This document shows, piece by piece, positions 61,347 to 64,000 of a stretch of 64,000 nucleotides of DNA. Numbering within the stretch: the first letter of the stretch is position 1; each line of letters opens with the position of its first letter. A program made the position numbers and the translations under genes. Source of the stretch: Candidatus Aminicenantes bacterium. GTDB taxonomy: Bacteria > Acidobacteriota > Aminicenantia > Aminicenantales > UBA4085. The notes below the pieces were generated by a model. It ran no database searches, was not told the DNA's origin, and saw only the letters and a program-made list of their open reading frames with translations. The stretch lies in NCBI GenBank assembly GCA_003141555.1, contig PLMN01000009.1:103497-167496 (forward strand), written 5' to 3'.

Positions 61347-61825
61347 AGCCCGCCGCCCCTCCCGCCCTCGTCGTCAACGGCCGCGGCATGCGCGTCTCCG
61401 CCGCGGATAAGCGCAAGAACCTCCTGACGTTCCTCCGCGAGGACCTGGACCTGACCGGCGCCAAGCGCGGCTGCGGCATCGGCCAATGCGGGGCATGCAC
61501 CGTCCTCGCCGACAACCGGCCGCTGCGCTCCTGCCACGCGCTCGTGGCCGATGTCCTCGGCCGCAGCCTGACGACCATCGAGGGGCTGGCCGCGCCGGAC
61601 GGCAGCCTGCATCCGTTGCAGCAGGCGTTCATCGATCACGGCGCGATCCAGTGCGGCTTCTGCACGCCGGGGATGGTCCTCACCGCCCACGCCTTCCTGC
61701 TCAAGCACCCCGCGCCGACCCGCGAGGAAGCTCGCAAGGCCATCGGCTCCAACCTTTGCCGCTGCACTGGCTACCAGCAGATCATCGACGCCATCCTGGC
61801 CGCCGCCCCCCACTACAAGAAATAG
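61343..61825 (+). CDS. Xanthine dehydrogenase-family 2x[2Fe-2S] subunit
   Basis: GCGIGQCGACTV, SC, QCGFCTPG, NLCRCTGY. Confidence 0.94.
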   Translation: MKPAAPPALVVNGRGMRVSAADKRKNLLTFLREDLDLTGAKRGCGIGQCGACTVLADNRPLRSCHALVADVLGRSLTTIEGLAAPDGSLHPLQQAFIDHGAIQCGFCTPGMVLTAHAFLLKHPAPTREEARKAIGSNLCRCTGYQQIIDAILAAAPHYKK

Positions 61826-61834
61826 GAGTCATTC

Positions 61835-63037
61835 ATGAAGGATATCCCTCTCGACGCCGCACTGCGGGAGCTCGACGGATTGAAGGCCGATCTCAATCTC
61901 TCCAACCGCGATTTTCTGCTGACCTGGGAACACTCCCTGGCCGAGCTCCGTTCGGTCCTGCTCACGGCCCGCATCCTCCGCGCCCTCCACGACGCTGGAC
62001 GCTCCCTGCGCGTGTTCGACACGGGGCTCGCCGTCTCGATCTTCCGCGACCAGTCGACGCGCACCCGCTTCAGCTTCGCCTCGGCCGCGAGCGCCCTGGG
62101 GCTTACGGTCTCCGACCTCGACGAGACCAAATCGCAGATCGCCCACGGCGAGACCGTGCGCGAAACGGCCGTCATGATCTCCTTCCTGGCCGAGGCCATC
62201 GGCATCCGCGATGATATCTATCTCGGGGAGGGCGACCGCTACATGCGCGAGGTGGCTGCCGCCCTGCAGGAGGCACACGAGCAAGGCGTGCTTTCCCGGC
62301 GGCCGGCGGTGATCAACCTCCAGTCCGACCTCGACCACCCCACGCAGACGCTGGCCGACCTGCTGCATCTCGAGGACCGCTTCGGCGGGCTCGACAAGTT
62401 GCGGGGCCGGAAGTTCGTCATCTCCTGGGCCTATTCACCGAGCTACGGCAAGCCGCTCTCCGTGCCGCAGGGCCTGATCGGCCTCTTCCCCCGCTTCGGG
62501 ATGGACGTGACGCTCGCTTATCCCGAAGGCTACGACCTGCTGCCCGAGGTCGTGGAACTGGCTGAAAAACAGGCGGCGGCCGCGGGCGGCGGCGCGCTCC
62601 GCATCAGCCACGACATGGCCGAGGCTTTCGACGACGCCGAGATCGTCTATCCCAAGTCCTGGGCGCCGATGCAAGTCGCGCGGCGGCGGACCGAGCTGCT
62701 GAAGAAAGGCGACAAAGCCGGGCTGCAGGCGCTCGAGAAGGAGTGCCTGGCGGAGAACGCGAAGCACGCGGACTGGGAGTGCGATGCGGCCAGGATGAAG
62801 CGCACGGCCAAAGGCGCCGCGCTCTACATGCACTGCCTGCCGGCGGACATCAGCGGCGTGTCGTGCGAGCGGGGCGAGGTGAGCAAGGACGTTTTCGAGC
62901 GCTATCGCCTCGAGACCTACCGCGAGGCGGCCTGGAAGCCCTTCGTCATCGCCGCCCTGATTTTCCTGACGCGCGTCCCGGATCCGCAGGCGGCGCTGCG
63001 GCGGCTGGTCGAGAACGGCGCGCCGCGCATCCGTTGA
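61835..63037 (+). CDS. ygeW: Knotted carbamoyltransferase YgeW
   Basis: FRDQSTRTRFS, SQIAHGETVRETA.MISF, HPTQ, WAYSPSYGKPLSVPQG, YPKSW, YMHCLPADI. Confidence 0.93.
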   Translation: MKDIPLDAALRELDGLKADLNLSNRDFLLTWEHSLAELRSVLLTARILRALHDAGRSLRVFDTGLAVSIFRDQSTRTRFSFASAASALGLTVSDLDETKSQIAHGETVRETAVMISFLAEAIGIRDDIYLGEGDRYMREVAAALQEAHEQGVLSRRPAVINLQSDLDHPTQTLADLLHLEDRFGGLDKLRGRKFVISWAYSPSYGKPLSVPQGLIGLFPRFGMDVTLAYPEGYDLLPEVVELAEKQAAAAGGGALRISHDMAEAFDDAEIVYPKSWAPMQVARRRTELLKKGDKAGLQALEKECLAENAKHADWECDAARMKRTAKGAALYMHCLPADISGVSCERGEVSKDVFERYRLETYREAAWKPFVIAALIFLTRVPDPQAALRRLVENGAPRIR

Positions 63038-63045
63038 GGTATGAC

Positions 63046-64000
63046 ATGTCGAAAATCATCAAGCATATGAACGAGGCGGTCATCAAGAAGACGGCGGCCC
63101 GCTGCCGCGAGCGGGGCATCGTCATCCCCACGTTCGCCGAGCTCCGCGATCCGGAGAAGATTCCGGCGGCGATCAAGAAGCGACTGCCGGCCGTCGGCAT
63201 GGACGACATCAATCCGCTCAACCTCTTCCGCATCAGCTGGAAGAACGATGTCCGCTCGGGGCTCTACGGACCGGTCAATGCCCTCGAGCTTCCGCCCGCG
63301 GTCACCGGCGTGGCGGCCCGGATCGTCGGCTTGGTCGGCAAGCATTTTCCCACCGGCGCCCACAAGGTCGGCGCCGCCTTCGGCTGCCTGGTGCCGCGCC
63401 TCGTCTCGGGCGAGTTCGATCCCCAGGTCCACAAGGCGGTCTGGCCGTCGACCGGCAACTACTGCCGCGGCGGGGCGTTCGACTGTGCCCTGCTCGGCTG
63501 CCGGGCCGTGGCCATCCTCCCGGAAGAGATGTCCCGGGAGCGCTTCGAGTGGCTGAAGGCCATCGGCGCCGAGGTCATCGCCACCCCCGGTTGCGAGTCC
63601 AACGTCAAGGAGATCTACGACAAGTGCGACGAGCTTGCCGCCGATCCCTTGAACATGATCTTCAACCAGTTCGCCGAGTTCGGCAATCCGATCTTCCACT
63701 ACCAGGTCACCGGCCCCGCGGCCGAGGAGGCTTATCCGGCGCGCCGGAAGGACAAGGCGCGCCTGGCGGCGTTCATCAGCGCGACCGGATCGGCCGGGAC
63801 CATCGCCGCCGGCGACTATCTCAAAACCCTGCACCCGCAGCTGCGCATCGTCGCCACCGAGGCGAAGCAGTGCCCGACGCTCTTTCTGAACGGCTTCGGC
63901 GGCCACCGCATCGAGGGCATCGGCGACAAACACGTGCCCTGGGTGCACAACGTGCGGAACACGGACGCCGTGGCCGCGATCGACGACGAGGACTGCCTGC
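63046..64000 (+). CDS. PLP-dependent fold type II enzyme (CysK/TrpB-superfamily, purine-cluster associated); runs off the window end
   Basis: Manual translation MSKIIKHMNEAVIKK...NPLNLFRISWKN...FPTGAHKVGAAFGCL...WPSTGNYCRGG...TPGCESNVKEI...ATGSAGT...GGHRIEGIGDKH; SD GAGGT. Absent from the ORF track because it has no stop in the window. Confidence 0.85.
   Translation, partial: MSKIIKHMNEAVIKKTAARCRERGIVIPTFAELRDPEKIPAAIKKRLPAVGMDDINPLNLFRISWKNDVRSGLYGPVNALELPPAVTGVAARIVGLVGKHFPTGAHKVGAAFGCLVPRLVSGEFDPQVHKAVWPSTGNYCRGGAFDCALLGCRAVAILPEEMSRERFEWLKAIGAEVIATPGCESNVKEIYDKCDELAADPLNMIFNQFAEFGNPIFHYQVTGPAAEEAYPARRKDKARLAAFISATGSAGTIAAGDYLKTLHPQLRIVATEAKQCPTLFLNGFGGHRIEGIGDKHVPWVHNVRNTDAVAAIDDEDCL

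Overview
High-GC bacterial window. The gene repertoire (Oar-type TonB receptor, TPR+TolB-like propellers, VPS10/BNR protein, tungsten AOR) suggests an anaerobic diderm such as Acidobacteriota/Aminicenantia; this is inference only. In order: (1) mdtABC-type RND efflux operon (1-5067). (2) Glycan enzymes, GH120-like and GH127-like. (3) A two-component system followed by two TPR+beta-propeller paralogues and an AT-rich secreted orphan, tied together by four copies of a CCTGAC-N16/17-C(C/T)TGAC direct-repeat promoter; one copy appears to drive a ~120-nt non-coding RNA. (4) Sugar kinase/ThuA/MFS, a VPS10-like protein, a large divergent GlpX-like protein and three small unknown proteins. (5) A ~33 kb nucleoside/nucleobase utilisation supercluster (31017-64000): TonB receptor, 5'-nucleotidase, nupG, tdk, udk, deoB, PNP, pdp, add, cdd, and a Cys-tailed deoC followed by an aldehyde:ferredoxin oxidoreductase and MoaD. 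It ends in a variant anaerobic purine-ring degradation operon (ssnA, ygeY, hydantoinase, xdh, ygeW) in which a fused PreT-PreA-like reductase and two non-DpaL PLP enzymes stand where ygfK and ygeX usually are. No rRNA, tRNA, CRISPR array or IS element was recognised. All calls come from reading motifs by eye; no database search was run.
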